Shown here: piece by piece, positions 13,419 to 26,643 of the stretch
Layout of the letters: the number at the start of each line of letters is the position of its first letter
Position numbering within the stretch: the first letter of the stretch is position 1
Assembly: GCA_964057225.1 (NCBI GenBank)
Contig: OZ059899.1
Coordinates: forward strand, 9,176,001-9,240,000
Direction of reading: 5' to 3'
Source of the DNA: Auanema rhodensis
Lineage: Eukaryota; Animalia; Nematoda
DNA length: 64,000 nt
Position numbers and translations under genes: made by a program
The notes under the pieces: model-generated
The model's input: the letters and a program-made list of their open reading frames with translations, nothing else
The model's database searches: none
What the model was told of the DNA's origin: nothing

Positions 13419-13955
13419 TAAATTTTTTTCATTTCACTTGTCATTCATAAAAATCGAATTTATTTTTTTCAATGATTTTTTTTTGCAATGTGTCATAAGA
13501 ATTACACAGTTGAACAAAACGTTTTTTAAGAATTTTATTTGTTGTCAACATATATATTTTCCTGGAATTCGAAAGCATTTGGGATAGAAATTAGAAAGAA
13601 AGGAACTAGTTTTTCCTACTTTAAAACAAACAATAAGAAATAAAATGAAAAAGATTGTTAGATATCCAATTTAAACATATACATTAACTTCGATAAAGAG
13701 CCTATTAGATTGAAATTTTATGTCTTACAGTTCTCCAACAGAACAGACTTTTCCTGATTTTTCTACGATTACATAAAACTCTCGTTTGATATGAAAAAAG
13801 GAGAGGAATAACGTTTCCAGGATGTCAAGGATATCGAATCTAGTGATATTATAGAAAAATGTAACGTCAGCTCCATAGGTTTTCTCCTAATTTCTCTCAT
13901 CACAATTGTCTTAGTTTTTTTTCTCATAAGAGTTTCTGAAATCTTAGGTGAACAA

Positions 13956-14028
13956 GGTCGCGTGGCGCAATGGATAACGCGTCTGCCTACGAAGCAGAAG
14001 ATTGTAGGTTCGAATCCAGCCGTGGTCG
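13956..14028 (+). tRNA. tRNA-Arg(ACG) variant C3T, G37A, T63A
   Basis: GGTCGCG…CTACGAA…CCAGC. Confidence 0.75.
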
Positions 14029-14564
14029 TAAATTTTTTTCATTTCACTTGTCATTTACAAAAATCGAATTTATCTTCTTCAACGATTATTTTTGCAATGT
14101 GTCATAAGAATTTCACAGTTGAACAAAACGTTTTTTAAGAAGTTTTTTTGTTGTCAACATATATATTTTGCTGGAATTCGAAAGCATTTGGGATGGAAAT
14201 TAGAAGAAAAAGAACTAGTTTTTCCTACTTTAAAACAAACAATACGAAATAAAATGAAAAAGATTGTTAGATATCCAATTTAAACTTATACATTTACTTC
14301 GATAAAGAGCCTATTAGATTGAAATTTTATGTCTTACAGTTCTCCAACAGAACAGACTGATCCTGATTTTTCTACGATTACATAAAACTCTCGTTTGATA
14401 TAAAAAAAGGAGAGGAATAACGTTTCCAGGATGTCAAGGATATCGAATCTAGTAATATTGTAGAAAAATGTAATGTCAGCTCCACAGGTTTTCTCCTAAT
14501 TTCTCTCATCACAATTGTCTTAGTTTTTTTTCTCATAAGAGTTTCTGAAATCTTAGGTGAACAA

Positions 14565-14637
14565 GGTCGCGTGGCGCAATGGATAACGCGTCTGCCTACG
14601 GAGCAGAAGATTGTAGGTTCGAATCCAGCCGTGGTCG
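14565..14637 (+). tRNA. tRNA-Arg(ACG) variant C3T, T63A
   Basis: GGTCGCG…CCAGC. Confidence 0.78.
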
Positions 14638-15173
14638 TAAATTTTTTTCATTTCAATTGTCATTTACAAAAATCGAATTTATCTTTTTCAACGATTATTT
14701 TTGCAATGTGTCATAAGAATTTCACAGTTGAACAAAACGTTTTTTAAGAAGTTTTTTTGTTGTTAACATATATATTTTGCTGGAATTCGAAAGCATTTGG
14801 GATGGAAATTAGAAAAAAAAGAACAAGTTTTTCCTACTTTAAAACAAACAATACGAAATAAAATGAAAAAGATTGTTAGATATCCAATTTAAACTTATAC
14901 ATTTACTTCGATAAAGAGCCTATTAGTTTGAAATTTTATGTCTTACAGTTCTCCAACAGAACAGACTGATCCTGATTTTTCTACGATTACATAAAACTCT
15001 CGTTTGATATAAAAAAAGGAGAGGAATAACGTTTCTAGGATGTCAAGGATATCGAATCTAGTGATATTGTAGAAAAATGTGATGTCAGCTCCATAGGTTT
15101 TCTCCTAATTTCTCTCATCACAATTGTCTTAGTTTTTTTTCTCATAAGAGTTTCGGATATCTTAGGTGAACAA

Positions 15174-15246
15174 GGTCGCGTGGCGCAATAGATAACGCGT
15201 CTGCCTACGGAGCAGAAGATTGTAGGTTCGAATCCAGCCGTGGTCG
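15174..15246 (+). pseudogene. tRNA-Arg(ACG) probable pseudogene C3T, G18A, T63A
   Basis: D loop AATAGATA loses invariant G18 (A box). Confidence 0.7.
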
Positions 15247-16193
15247 TAAATTTTTTTCATTTCACTTGTCATTTACAAAAATCGAATTTATCTTCTTCAA
15301 CGATTATTTTTGCAATGTGTCATAAGAATTTCACAGTTGAACAAAACGTTTTTTAAGAAGTTTTTTTGTTGTCAACATATATATTTTCCTGGAATTCGAA
15401 AGCATTTGGGATGGAAATTAGAAAGACAAGAACTAGTTTTTCCTACTTTAAAACAAACAATACGAAATAAAATGAAAAAGATTGTTAGATATCCAATTTA
15501 AACATATACATTAACTTCGATAAAGAGCCTATTAGATCGAAATTTTATGTCTTACAGTTCTCCAACAGAACAGACTGATCCTGATTTTTCTACGATTACA
15601 TAAAACTCTCGTTTGATATAAAAAAGGAGAGGAATAACGTTTCCAGGATGTCAAGGATATCGAATCTAGTGATATTGTAGAAAAATGTAATGTCAGCTCC
15701 ATAGGTTTTCTCCTAATTTCTCTCATCACAATTGTCTTAGTTTTTTTTTCTCATAAGAGTTTCTGAAATCTTAGTTGAACAAGGCTGTATATAATTTCCT
15801 GGAATTCGAAAGCATTTGGGATGGAATTTAGAAAGAAAGGAACTAGTTTTTCCTACTTTAAAACAAACAATAAGAAATAAAATGAAAAAGATTGTTAGAT
15901 ATCCAATTTAAACTTATACATTTACTTCGATAAAGAGCCTATTAGTTTGAAATTTTATGTCTTACAGTTCTCCAACAGAACAGACTGATCCTGATTTTTC
16001 TACGATCACATAAAACTCTCGTTTGATATAAAAAAAGGAGAGGAATAACGTTTTCAGGATGTCAAGGATATCGAATCTAGTGATATTGTAAAAAAATGTA
16101 ATGTCAGCTCCATAGGTTTTCTCCTAATTTCTCTCATCACAATTGTCTTAGTTTTTTTTTCTCATAAGAGTTTCTGAAATCTTAGTTGAACAA

Positions 16194-16266
16194 GGCCGCG
16201 TGGCGCAATGGATAACGCGTCTGCCTACGGAGCAGAAGATTGTAGGTTCGAATCCTGCCGTGGTCG
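16194..16266 (+). tRNA. tRNA-Arg(ACG), consensus
   Basis: Identical to consensus. Confidence 0.95.
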
Positions 16267-16804
16267 TAAATTTTTCTCATTTCACTTGTCATTCATAAAA
16301 ATCGAATTTATTTTTTTCAATGATTTTTTTTTGCAATGTGTCATAAGAATTACACAGTTGAACAAAACGTTTTTTAAGAATTTTCTTTGTTGTCAACATA
16401 TATATTTTCCTGGAATTCGAAAGCATTTGGGATGGAAATTAGAAAGAAAAGAACTAGTTTTTCCTACTTTAAAACAAACAATAAGAAATAAAATGAAAAA
16501 GATTGTTAGATATCCAATTTAAACTTATACATTTAGTTCGATAAAGAGCCTATTAGTTTGAAATTTTATGTCTTACAGTTCTCCAACAGAACAGACTGAT
16601 CCTGATTTTTCTACGATTACATAAAATTCTCGTTTGATATAAAAAAAGGAGAGGAATAACGTTTCCAGGATGTCAAGGATATCGAATCTAGTGATATTGT
16701 AGAAAAATGTAATGTCAGCTGCATAGGTTTTCTCCTAATTTCTCTCATCACAATAGTCTTAGTTTTTTTTTCTCATAAGAGTTTCTGAAATCTTAGTTGA
16801 ACAA

Positions 16805-16877
16805 GGCAGCGTGGCGCAATGGATAACGCGTCTGCCTACGGAGCAGAAGATTGTAGGTTCGAATCCTGCCGTGGTCG
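16805..16877 (+). tRNA. tRNA-Arg(ACG) variant C4A
   Basis: GGCAGCG. Confidence 0.8.
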
Positions 16878-17413
16878 TAAATTTTTTTCATTTCACTTGT
16901 CATTCATAAAAATCGAATTTATCTTTTTCAACGATTATTTTTGCAATGTGTCATAAAAATTTCACAGTTTAACAAAACGTTTTTTAAGAAGTTTTTTTGT
17001 TGTCAACATATATATTTTGCTGGAATTCGAAAGCATTTGGGATAGAAATTAGAAAGAAAAGAACTAGTTTTTCCTACTTTAAAACAAACAATACGAAATA
17101 AAATGAAAAAGATTGTTAGATATCCAATTTAAACATATACATTAACTTCGATAAAGAGCCTATTAGATTGAAATTTTATGTCTTACAGTTCTCCAACAGA
17201 ACAGACTGATCCTGATTTTTCTACGATTCCATAAAACTCTCGTTTGATATAAAAAAAAGAGAGGAATAACGTTTTCAGGATGTCAAGGATATCGAATCTA
17301 GTGATATTGTAGAAAAATGTAATGTCAGCTCCATAGGTTTTCTCCTAATTTCTCTCATCACAATTGTCTTAGTTTTTTTTCTCATAAGAGTTTCTGAAAT
17401 CTTAGTTGAACAA

Positions 17414-17486
17414 GGCCGCGTGGCGCAATGGATAACGCGTCCGCCTACTTAGCAGAAGATTGTAGGTTCGAATCCTGCCGTGGTCG
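17414..17486 (+). tRNA. tRNA-Arg-derived gene with anticodon ACT; probable pseudogene
   Basis: TCCGC-CTACTTA-GCAGA. Confidence 0.7.
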
Positions 17487-18024
17487 TAAATTTTTTTCAT
17501 TTCACTTGTCATTCATAAAAATCGAATTTATTTTTTTCAATGGTTTTTTTTTGCAATGTGTCATAAGAATTACACAGTTGAACAAAACGTTTTTTAAGAA
17601 TTTTCTTTGTTGTCAACATATATATTTTCCTGGTATTCGAAAGCATTTGGGATGGAAATTAGAAAGAAAAGAACTAGTTTTTCCTACTTTAAAACAAACA
17701 ATAAGAAATAAAATGAAAAAGATTGTTAGATATCCAATTTAAACTTATACATTTACTTCGATAAAGAGCCTATTAGTTTGAAATTTTATGTCTTACAGTT
17801 CTCCAACAGAACAGACTGATCCTGATTTTTCTACGATTACATAAAATTCTCGTTTGATATAAAAAAAGGAGAGGAATAACGTTTCCAGGATGTCAAGGAT
17901 ATCGAATCTAGTGATATTGTAGAAAAATGTAATGTCAGCTCCATAGGTTTTCTCCTAATTTCTCTCATCACAATTGTCTTAGTTTTTTTTTCTCATAAGA
18001 GTTTCTGAAATCTTAGTTGAACAA

Positions 18025-18097
18025 GGCCGCGTGGCGCAATGGATAACGCGTCTGCCTACGGAGCAGAAGATTGTAGGTTCGAATCCTGCCGTGGGCG
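18025..18097 (+). tRNA. tRNA-Arg(ACG) variant T71G
   Basis: CGTGGGCG. Confidence 0.8.
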
Positions 18098-18634
18098 TAA
18101 ATTTTTTTCATTTCACTTGTCATTCATAAAAATCGAATTTATTTTTTTCAATGATTTTTTTTTGCAATGTGTCATAAGAATTACACAGTTGAACAAAACG
18201 TTTTTTAAGAATTTTATTTGTTGTCAACATATATATTTTCCTGGAATTCGAAAGCATTTGGGATAGAAATTAGAAAGAAAGGAACTAGTTTTTCCTACTT
18301 TAAAACAAACAATAAGAAATAAAATGAAAAAGATTGTTAGATATCCAATTTAAACATATACATTAACTTCGATAAAGAGCCTATTAGATTGAAATTTTAT
18401 GTCTTACAGTTCTCCAACAGAACAGACTTTTCCTGATTTTTCTACGATTACATAAAACTCTCGTTTGATATGAAAAAAGGAGAGGAATAACGTTTCCAGG
18501 ATGTCAAGGATATCGAATCTAGTGATATTATAGAAAAATGTAACGTCAGCTCCATAGGTTTTCTCCTAATTTCTCTCATCACAATTGTCTTAGTTTTTTT
18601 TCTCATAAGAGTTTCTGAAATCTTAGGTGAACAA

Positions 18635-18707
18635 GGTCGCGTGGCGCAATGGATAACGCGTCTGCCTACGAAGCAGAAGATTGTAGGTTCGAATCCAGCC
18701 GTGGTCG
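18635..18707 (+). tRNA. tRNA-Arg(ACG) variant C3T, G37A, T63A
   Basis: As 13956. Confidence 0.75.
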
Positions 18708-19243
18708 TAAATTTTTTTCATTTCACTTGTCATTTACAAAAATCGAATTTATCTTCTTCAACGATTATTTTTGCAATGTGTCATAAGAATTTCACAGTTG
18801 AACAAAACGTTTTTTAAGAAGTTTTTTTGTTGTCAACATATATATTTTGCTGGAATTCGAAAGCATTTGGGATGGAAATTAGAAAAAAAAGAACAAGTTT
18901 TTCCTACTTTAAAACAAACAATACGAAATAAAATGAAAAAGATTGTTAGATATCCAATTTAAACTTATACATTTACTTCGATAAAGAGCCTATTAGTTTG
19001 AAATTTTATGTCTTACAGTTCTCCAACAGAACAGACTGATCCTGATTTTTCTACGATTACATAAAACTCTCGTTTGATATAAAAAAAGGAGAGGAATAAC
19101 GTTTCTAGGATGTCAAGGATATCGAATCTAGTGATATTGTAGAAAAATGTGATGTCAGCTCCATAGGTTTTCTCCTAATTTCTCTCATCACAATTGTCTT
19201 AGTTTTTTTTCTCATAAGAGTTTCGGATATCTTAGGTGAACAA

Positions 19244-19316
19244 GGTCGCGTGGCGCAATAGATAACGCGTCTGCCTACGGAGCAGAAGATTGTAGGTTCG
19301 AATCCAGCCGTGGTCG
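19244..19316 (+). pseudogene. tRNA-Arg(ACG) probable pseudogene C3T, G18A, T63A
   Basis: As 15174. Confidence 0.7.
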
Positions 19317-20263
19317 TAAATTTTTTTCATTTCACTTGTCATTTACAAAAATCGAATTTATCTTCTTCAACGATTATTTTTGCAATGTGTCATAAGAATT
19401 TCACAGTTGAACAAAACGTTTTTTAAGAAGTTTTTTTGTTGTCAACATATATATTTTCCTGGAATTCGAAAGCATTTGGGATGGAAATTAGAAAGACAAG
19501 AACTAGTTTTTCCTACTTTAAAACAAACAATACGAAATAAAATGAAAAAGATTGTTAGATATCCAATTTAAACATATACATTAACTTCGATAAAGAGCCT
19601 ATTAGATCGAAATTTTATGTCTTACAGTTCTCCAACAGAACAGACTGATCCTGATTTTTCTACGATTACATAAAACTCTCGTTTGATATAAAAAAGGAGA
19701 GGAATAACGTTTCCAGGATGTCAAGGATATCGAATCTAGTGATATTGTAGAAAAATGTAATGTCAGCTCCATAGGTTTTCTCCTAATTTCTCTCATCACA
19801 ATTGTCTTAGTTTTTTTTTCTCATAAGAGTTTCTGAAATCTTAGTTGAACAAGGCTGTATATAATTTCCTGGAATTCGAAAGCATTTGGGATGGAATTTA
19901 GAAAGAAAGGAACTAGTTTTTCCTACTTTAAAACAAACAATAAGAAATAAAATGAAAAAGATTGTTAGATATCCAATTTAAACTTATACATTTACTTCGA
20001 TAAAGAGCCTATTAGTTTGAAATTTTATGTCTTACAGTTCTCCAACAGAACAGACTGATCCTGATTTTTCTACGATCACATAAAACTCTCGTTTGATATA
20101 AAAAAAGGAGAGGAATAACGTTTTCAGGATGTCAAGGATATCGAATCTAGTGATATTGTAAAAAAATGTAATGTCAGCTCCATAGGTTTTCTCCTAATTT
20201 CTCTCATCACAATTGTCTTAGTTTTTTTTTCTCATAAGAGTTTCTGAAATCTTAGTTGAACAA

Positions 20264-20336
20264 GGCCGCGTGGCGCAATGGATAACGCGTCTGCCTACGG
20301 AGCAGAAGATTGTAGGTTCGAATCCTGCCGTGGTCG
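20264..20336 (+). tRNA. tRNA-Arg(ACG), consensus
   Basis: Identical to consensus. Confidence 0.95.
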
Positions 20337-20874
20337 TAAATTTTTCTCATTTCACTTGTCATTCATAAAAATCGAATTTATTTTTTTCAATGATTTTTTT
20401 TTGCAATGTGTCATAAGAATTACACAGTTGAACAAAACGTTTTTTAAGAATTTTCTTTGTTGTCAACATATATATTTTCCTGGAATTCGAAAGCATTTGG
20501 GATGGAAATTAGAAAGAAAAGAACTAGTTTTTCCTACTTTAAAACAAACAATAAGAAATAAAATGAAAAAGATTGTTAGATATCCAATTTAAACTTATAC
20601 ATTTAGTTCGATAAAGAGCCTATTAGTTTGAAATTTTATGTCTTACAGTTCTCCAACAGAACAGACTGATCCTGATTTTTCTACGATTACATAAAATTCT
20701 CGTTTGATATAAAAAAAGGAGAGGAATAACGTTTCCAGGATGTCAAGGATATCGAATCTAGTGATATTGTAGAAAAATGTAATGTCAGCTGCATAGGTTT
20801 TCTCCTAATTTCTCTCATCACAATAGTCTTAGTTTTTTTTTCTCATAAGAGTTTCTGAAATCTTAGTTGAACAA

Positions 20875-20947
20875 GGCAGCGTGGCGCAATGGATAACGCG
20901 TCTGCCTACGGAGCAGAAGATTGTAGGTTCGAATCCTGCCGTGGTCG
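20875..20947 (+). tRNA. tRNA-Arg(ACG) variant C4A
   Basis: GGCAGCG. Confidence 0.8.
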
Positions 20948-21483
20948 TAAATTTTTTTCATTTCACTTGTCATTCATAAAAATCGAATTTATCTTTTTCA
21001 ACGATTATTTTTGCAATGTGTCATAAAAATTTCACAGTTTAACAAAACGTTTTTTAAGAAGTTTTTTTGTTGTCAACATATATATTTTGCTGGAATTCGA
21101 AAGCATTTGGGATAGAAATTAGAAAGAAAAGAACTAGTTTTTCCTACTTTAAAACAAACAATACGAAATAAAATGAAAAAGATTGTTAGATATCCAATTT
21201 AAACATATACATTAACTTCGATAAAGAGCCTATTAGATTGAAATTTTATGTCTTACAGTTCTCCAACAGAACAGACTGATCCTGATTTTTCTACGATTCC
21301 ATAAAACTCTCGTTTGATATAAAAAAAAGAGAGGAATAACGTTTTCAGGATGTCAAGGATATCGAATCTAGTGATATTGTAGAAAAATGTAATGTCAGCT
21401 CCATAGGTTTTCTCCTAATTTCTCTCATCACAATTGTCTTAGTTTTTTTTCTCATAAGAGTTTCTGAAATCTTAGTTGAACAA

Positions 21484-21556
21484 GGCCGCGTGGCGCAATG
21501 GATAACGCGTCCGCCTACTTAGCAGAAGATTGTAGGTTCGAATCCTGCCGTGGTCG
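21484..21556 (+). tRNA. tRNA-Arg-derived gene with anticodon ACT; probable pseudogene
   Basis: TCCGC-CTACTTA-GCAGA. Confidence 0.7.
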
Positions 21557-22094
21557 TAAATTTTTTTCATTTCACTTGTCATTCATAAAAATCGAATTTA
21601 TTTTTTTCAATGGTTTTTTTTTGCAATGTGTCATAAGAATTACACAGTTGAACAAAACGTTTTTTAAGAATTTTCTTTGTTGTCAACATATATATTTTCC
21701 TGGTATTCGAAAGCATTTGGGATGGAAATTAGAAAGAAAAGAACTAGTTTTTCCTACTTTAAAACAAACAATAAGAAATAAAATGAAAAAGATTGTTAGA
21801 TATCCAATTTAAACTTATACATTTACTTCGATAAAGAGCCTATTAGTTTGAAATTTTATGTCTTACAGTTCTCCAACAGAACAGACTGATCCTGATTTTT
21901 CTACGATTACATAAAATTCTCGTTTGATATAAAAAAAGGAGAGGAATAACGTTTCCAGGATGTCAAGGATATCGAATCTAGTGATATTGTAGAAAAATGT
22001 AATGTCAGCTCCATAGGTTTTCTCCTAATTTCTCTCATCACAATTGTCTTAGTTTTTTTTTCTCATAAGAGTTTCTGAAATCTTAGTTGAACAA

Positions 22095-22167
22095 GGCCGC
22101 GTGGCGCAATGGATAACGCGTCTGCCTACGGAGCAGAAGATTGTAGGTTCGAATCCTGCCGTGGGCG
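22095..22167 (+). tRNA. tRNA-Arg(ACG) variant T71G
   Basis: CGTGGGCG. Confidence 0.8.
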
Positions 22168-22704
22168 TAAATTTTTTTCATTTCACTTGTCATTCATAAA
22201 AATCGAATTTATTTTTTTCAATGATTTTTTTTTGCAATGTGTCATAAGAATTACACAGTTGAACAAAACGTTTTTTAAGAATTTTATTTGTTGTCAACAT
22301 ATATATTTTCCTGGAATTCGAAAGCATTTGGGATAGAAATTAGAAAGAAAGGAACTAGTTTTTCCTACTTTAAAACAAACAATAAGAAATAAAATGAAAA
22401 AGATTGTTAGATATCCAATTTAAACATATACATTAACTTCGATAAAGAGCCTATTAGATTGAAATTTTATGTCTTACAGTTCTCCAACAGAACAGACTTT
22501 TCCTGATTTTTCTACGATTACATAAAACTCTCGTTTGATATGAAAAAAGGAGAGGAATAACGTTTCCAGGATGTCAAGGATATCGAATCTAGTGATATTA
22601 TAGAAAAATGTAACGTCAGCTCCATAGGTTTTCTCCTAATTTCTCTCATCACAATTGTCTTAGTTTTTTTTCTCATAAGAGTTTCTGAAATCTTAGGTGA
22701 ACAA

Positions 22705-22777
22705 GGTCGCGTGGCGCAATGGATAACGCGTCTGCCTACGAAGCAGAAGATTGTAGGTTCGAATCCAGCCGTGGTCG
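22705..22777 (+). tRNA. tRNA-Arg(ACG) variant C3T, G37A, T63A
   Basis: As 13956. Confidence 0.75.
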
Positions 22778-23313
22778 TAAATTTTTTTCATTTCACTTGT
22801 CATTTACAAAAATCGAATTTATCTTCTTCAACGATTATTTTTGCAATGTGTCATAAGAATTTCACAGTTGAACAAAACGTTTTTTAAGAAGTTTTTTTGT
22901 TGTCAACATATATATTTTGCTGGAATTCGAAAGCATTTGGGATGGAAATTAGAAAAAAAAGAACTAGTTTTTCCTACTTTAAAACAAACAATACGAAATA
23001 AAATGAAAAAGATTGTTAGATATCCAATTTAAACTTATACATTTACTTCGATAAAGAGCCTATTAGATTGAAATTTTATGTCTTACAGTTCTCCAACAGA
23101 ACAGACTGATCCTGATTTTTCTACGATTACATAAAACTCTCGTTTGATATAAAAAAAGGAGAGGAATAACGTTTCCAGGATGTCAAGGATATCGAATCTA
23201 GTGATATTGTAGAAAAATGTAATGTCAGCTCCACAGGTTTTCTCCTAATTTCTCTCATCACAATTGTCTTAGTTTTTTTTCTCATAAGAGTTTCTGAAAT
23301 CTTAGGTGAACAA

Positions 23314-23386
23314 GGTCGCGTGGCGCAATGGATAACGCGTCTGCCTACGGAGCAGAAGATTGTAGGTTCGAATCCAGCTGTGGTCG
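23314..23386 (+). tRNA. tRNA-Arg(ACG) variant C3T, T63A, C66T; probable pseudogene
   Basis: GGTCGCG…CCAGCTGTGGTCG. Confidence 0.7.
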
Positions 23387-23922
23387 TAAATTTTTTTCAT
23401 TTCAATTGTCATTTACAAAAATCGAATTTATCTTTTTCAACGATTATTTTTGCAATGTGTCATAAGAATTTCACAGTTGAACAAAACGTTTTTTAAGAAG
23501 TTTTTTTGTTGTTAACATATATATTTTGCTGGAATTCGAAAGCATTTGGGATGGAAATTAGAAAAAAAAGAACAAGTTTTTCCTACTTTAAAACAAACAA
23601 TACGAAATAAAATGAAAAAGATTGTTAGATATCCAATTTAAACTTATACATTTACTTCGATAAAGAGCCTATTAGTTTGAAATTTTATGTCTTACAGTTC
23701 TCCAACAGAAAAGACTGATCCTGATTTTTCTACGATTACATAAAACTCTCGTTTGATATAAAAAAAGGAGAGGAATAACGTTTCTAGGATGTCAAGGATA
23801 TCGAATCTAGTGATATTGTAGAAAAATGTGATGTCAGCTCCATAGGTTTTCTCCTAATTTCTCTCATCACAATTGTCTTAGTTTTTTTTCTCATAAGAGT
23901 TTCGGATATCTTAGGTGAACAA

Positions 23923-23995
23923 GGTCGCGTGGCGCAATAGATAACGCGTCTGCCTACGGAGCAGAAGATTGTAGGTTCGAATCCAGCCGTGGTCG
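23923..23995 (+). pseudogene. tRNA-Arg(ACG) probable pseudogene C3T, G18A, T63A
   Basis: As 15174. Confidence 0.7.
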
Positions 23996-24530
23996 TAAAT
24001 TTTTTCATTTCACTTGTCATTTACAAAAATCGAATTTATCTTCTTCAACGATTATTTTTGCAATGTGTCATAAGAATTTCACAGTTGAACAAAACGTTTT
24101 TTAAGAAGTTTTTTTGTTGTCAACATATATATTTTGCTGGAATTCGAAAGCATTTGGGATGGAATTTAGAAAGAAAAGAACTAGTTTTTCCTACTTTAAA
24201 ACAAACAATAAGAAATAAAATGAAAAAGATTGTTAGATATCCAATTTAAACTTATACATTTACTTCGATAAAGAGCCTATTAGATTGAAATTTTATGTCT
24301 TACAGTTCTCCAACAGAACAGACTGATCCTGATTTTTCTACGATTACATAAAACTCTCGTTTGATATAAAAAAAGGAGAGGAATAACGTTTCCAGGATGT
24401 CAAGGATATCGAATCTAGTGATATTGTAAAAAAATGTAATGTCAGCTCCACAGGTTTTCTCCTAATTTCTCTCATCACAATTGTCTTAGTTTTTTTTCTC
24501 ATAAGAGTTTCTGAAATCTTAGGTGAACAA

Positions 24531-24603
24531 GGTCGCGTGGCGCAATAGATAACGCGTCTGCCTACGGAGCAGAAGATTGTAGGTTCGAATCCAGCCGTGG
24601 TCG
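24531..24603 (+). pseudogene. tRNA-Arg(ACG) probable pseudogene C3T, G18A, T63A
   Basis: As 15174. Confidence 0.7.
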
Positions 24604-25550
24604 TAAATTTTTTCATTTCACTTGTCATTTACAAAAATCGAATTTATCTTCTTCAACGATTATTTTTGCAATGTGTCATAAGAATTTCACAGTTGAACAA
24701 AACGTTTTTTAAGAAGTTTTTTTGTTGTCAACATATATATTTTGCATGGAATTCGAAAGCATTTGGGATGGAATTTAGAAAGAAAAGAACTAGTTTTTCC
24801 TACTTTAAAACAAACAATAAGAAATAAAATGAAAAAGATTGTTAGATATCCAATTTAAACTTATACATTTACTTCGATAAAGAGCCTATTAGATTGAAAT
24901 TTTATGTCTTACAGTTCTCCAACAGAACAGACTGATCCTGATTTTTCTACGATTACATAAAACTCTCGTTTGATATAAAAAAAGTAGAGGAATAACGTTT
25001 AAAGGATGTCAAGGATATCGAATCTAGTGATATTGTAGAAAAATGTAATGTCAGCTCCATAGGTTTTCTCCTAACTTCTCTCATCACAATTGTTTTAGTT
25101 TTTTTTCTCATAAGAGTTTCTGAAATCTTAGGTGAACAAGGCCGTATATAATTTCCTGGAATTCGAAAGCATTTGGGATGGAATTTAGAAAGAAAAGAAC
25201 TAGTTTTTCCTACTTTAAAACAAACAATAAGAAATAAAATGAAAAAGATTGTTAGATATCCAATTTAAACTTATACATTCACTTCGATAAAGAGCCTATA
25301 AGATTGAAATTTTATGTCTTACAGTTCTCCAACAGAACAGACTGATCCTGATTTTTCTACGATTACATAAAACTCTCGTTTGATATAAAAAAAGGAGAGG
25401 AATAACGTTTCCAGGATGTCAAGGATATCGAATCTAGTGATATTGTAAAAAAATGTAATGTCAGCTCCATAGGTTTTCTCCTAATTTCTCTCATCACAAT
25501 TGTCTCAAATTTTTTTTCTCATAAGAGTTTCTGAAATCTTAGTTGAACAG

Positions 25551-25623
25551 GGCCGCGTGGCGCAATGGATAACGCGTCTGCCTACGGAGCAGAAGATTGT
25601 AGATTCGAATCCAGCCGTGGTCG
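25551..25623 (+). pseudogene. tRNA-Arg(ACG) probable pseudogene G53A, T63A
   Basis: T arm GTAGA-TTCGAAT-CCAGC; B box and two T-stem pairs broken. Confidence 0.72.
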
Positions 25624-26570
25624 TAAATTTTTTTCATTTCACTTGTCATTTACAAAAATCGAATTTATCTTCTTCAACGATTATTTTTGCAATGTGTCAT
25701 AAGATTTTCACAGTTGAACAAAACGTTTTTTAAGAAGTTTTTTTGTTGTCAACATATATATTTTGCTGGAATTCGAAAGCATTTGGGATGGAAATTAGAA
25801 AGAAAAGAACTAGTTTTTCCTACTTTAAAACAAACAATAAGAAATAAAATGAAAAAGATTGTTAGATATCCAATTTAAACTTATACATTTACTTCGATAA
25901 AGAGCCTATTAGATTGAATTTTTATGTCTTACAGTTCTCCAACAGAACAGACTGATCCTGATTTTTCTACGATTACATAAAACTCTCGTTTGATATAAAA
26001 AAAGGAGAGGAATAACGTTTCCAGGATGTCAAGGATATCGAATCTAGTGATATTGTAGAAAAATGTAATGTCAGCTCCATAGGTTTTCTCCTAACTTCTC
26101 TCATCACAATTGTTTTATTTTTTTTCCTCATAAGAGTTTCTGAAATCTTAGGTGAACAAGGCCGTATATAATTTCCTGGAATTCGAAAGCATTTGGGATG
26201 GAATTTAGAAAAAAAAGAACTAGTTTTTCCTACTTTAAAACAAACAATAAGAAATAAAATGAAAAAGATTGTTAGATATCCAATTTAAACTTATACATTT
26301 ACTTCGATAAAGAGCCTATAAGATTGAAATTTTATGTCTTACAGTTCTCCAACAGAACAGACTGATCCTGATTTTTCTACGATTACATAAAACTCTCGTT
26401 TGATATAAAAAAAGGAGAGGAATAACGTTTCCAGGATGTCAAGGATATCGAATCTAGTGATATTGTAAAAAAATGTAATGTCAGCTCCATAGGTTTTCTC
26501 CTAATTTCTCTCATCACAATTGTCTCAAATTTTTTTTCTCATAAGAGTTTCTGAAATCTTAGTTGAACAG

Positions 26571-26643
26571 GGCCGCGTGGCGCAATGGATAACGCGTCTG
26601 CCTACGGAGCAGAAGATTGTAGATTCGAATCCAGCCGTGGTCG
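26571..26643 (+). pseudogene. tRNA-Arg(ACG) probable pseudogene G53A, T63A
   Basis: As 25551. Confidence 0.72.

Larger units (their letters stand above)
11104..15782 (+). repeat. 8-monomer higher-order repeat (4679 bp), first copy; further copies start at 15783, 19853, 28000, 32679
   Basis: Fixed order of variants; marker GGCTGT empty unit; ORF offsets of 4679 (11529/16208; 28425/33104). Confidence 0.9.

Noticed and set aside
13956-14028. C3T variants acquiring alanine identity
   Set aside because: The change gives U3-G70, the reverse of the G3-U70 AlaRS determinant, and always co-occurs with the T63A mismatch
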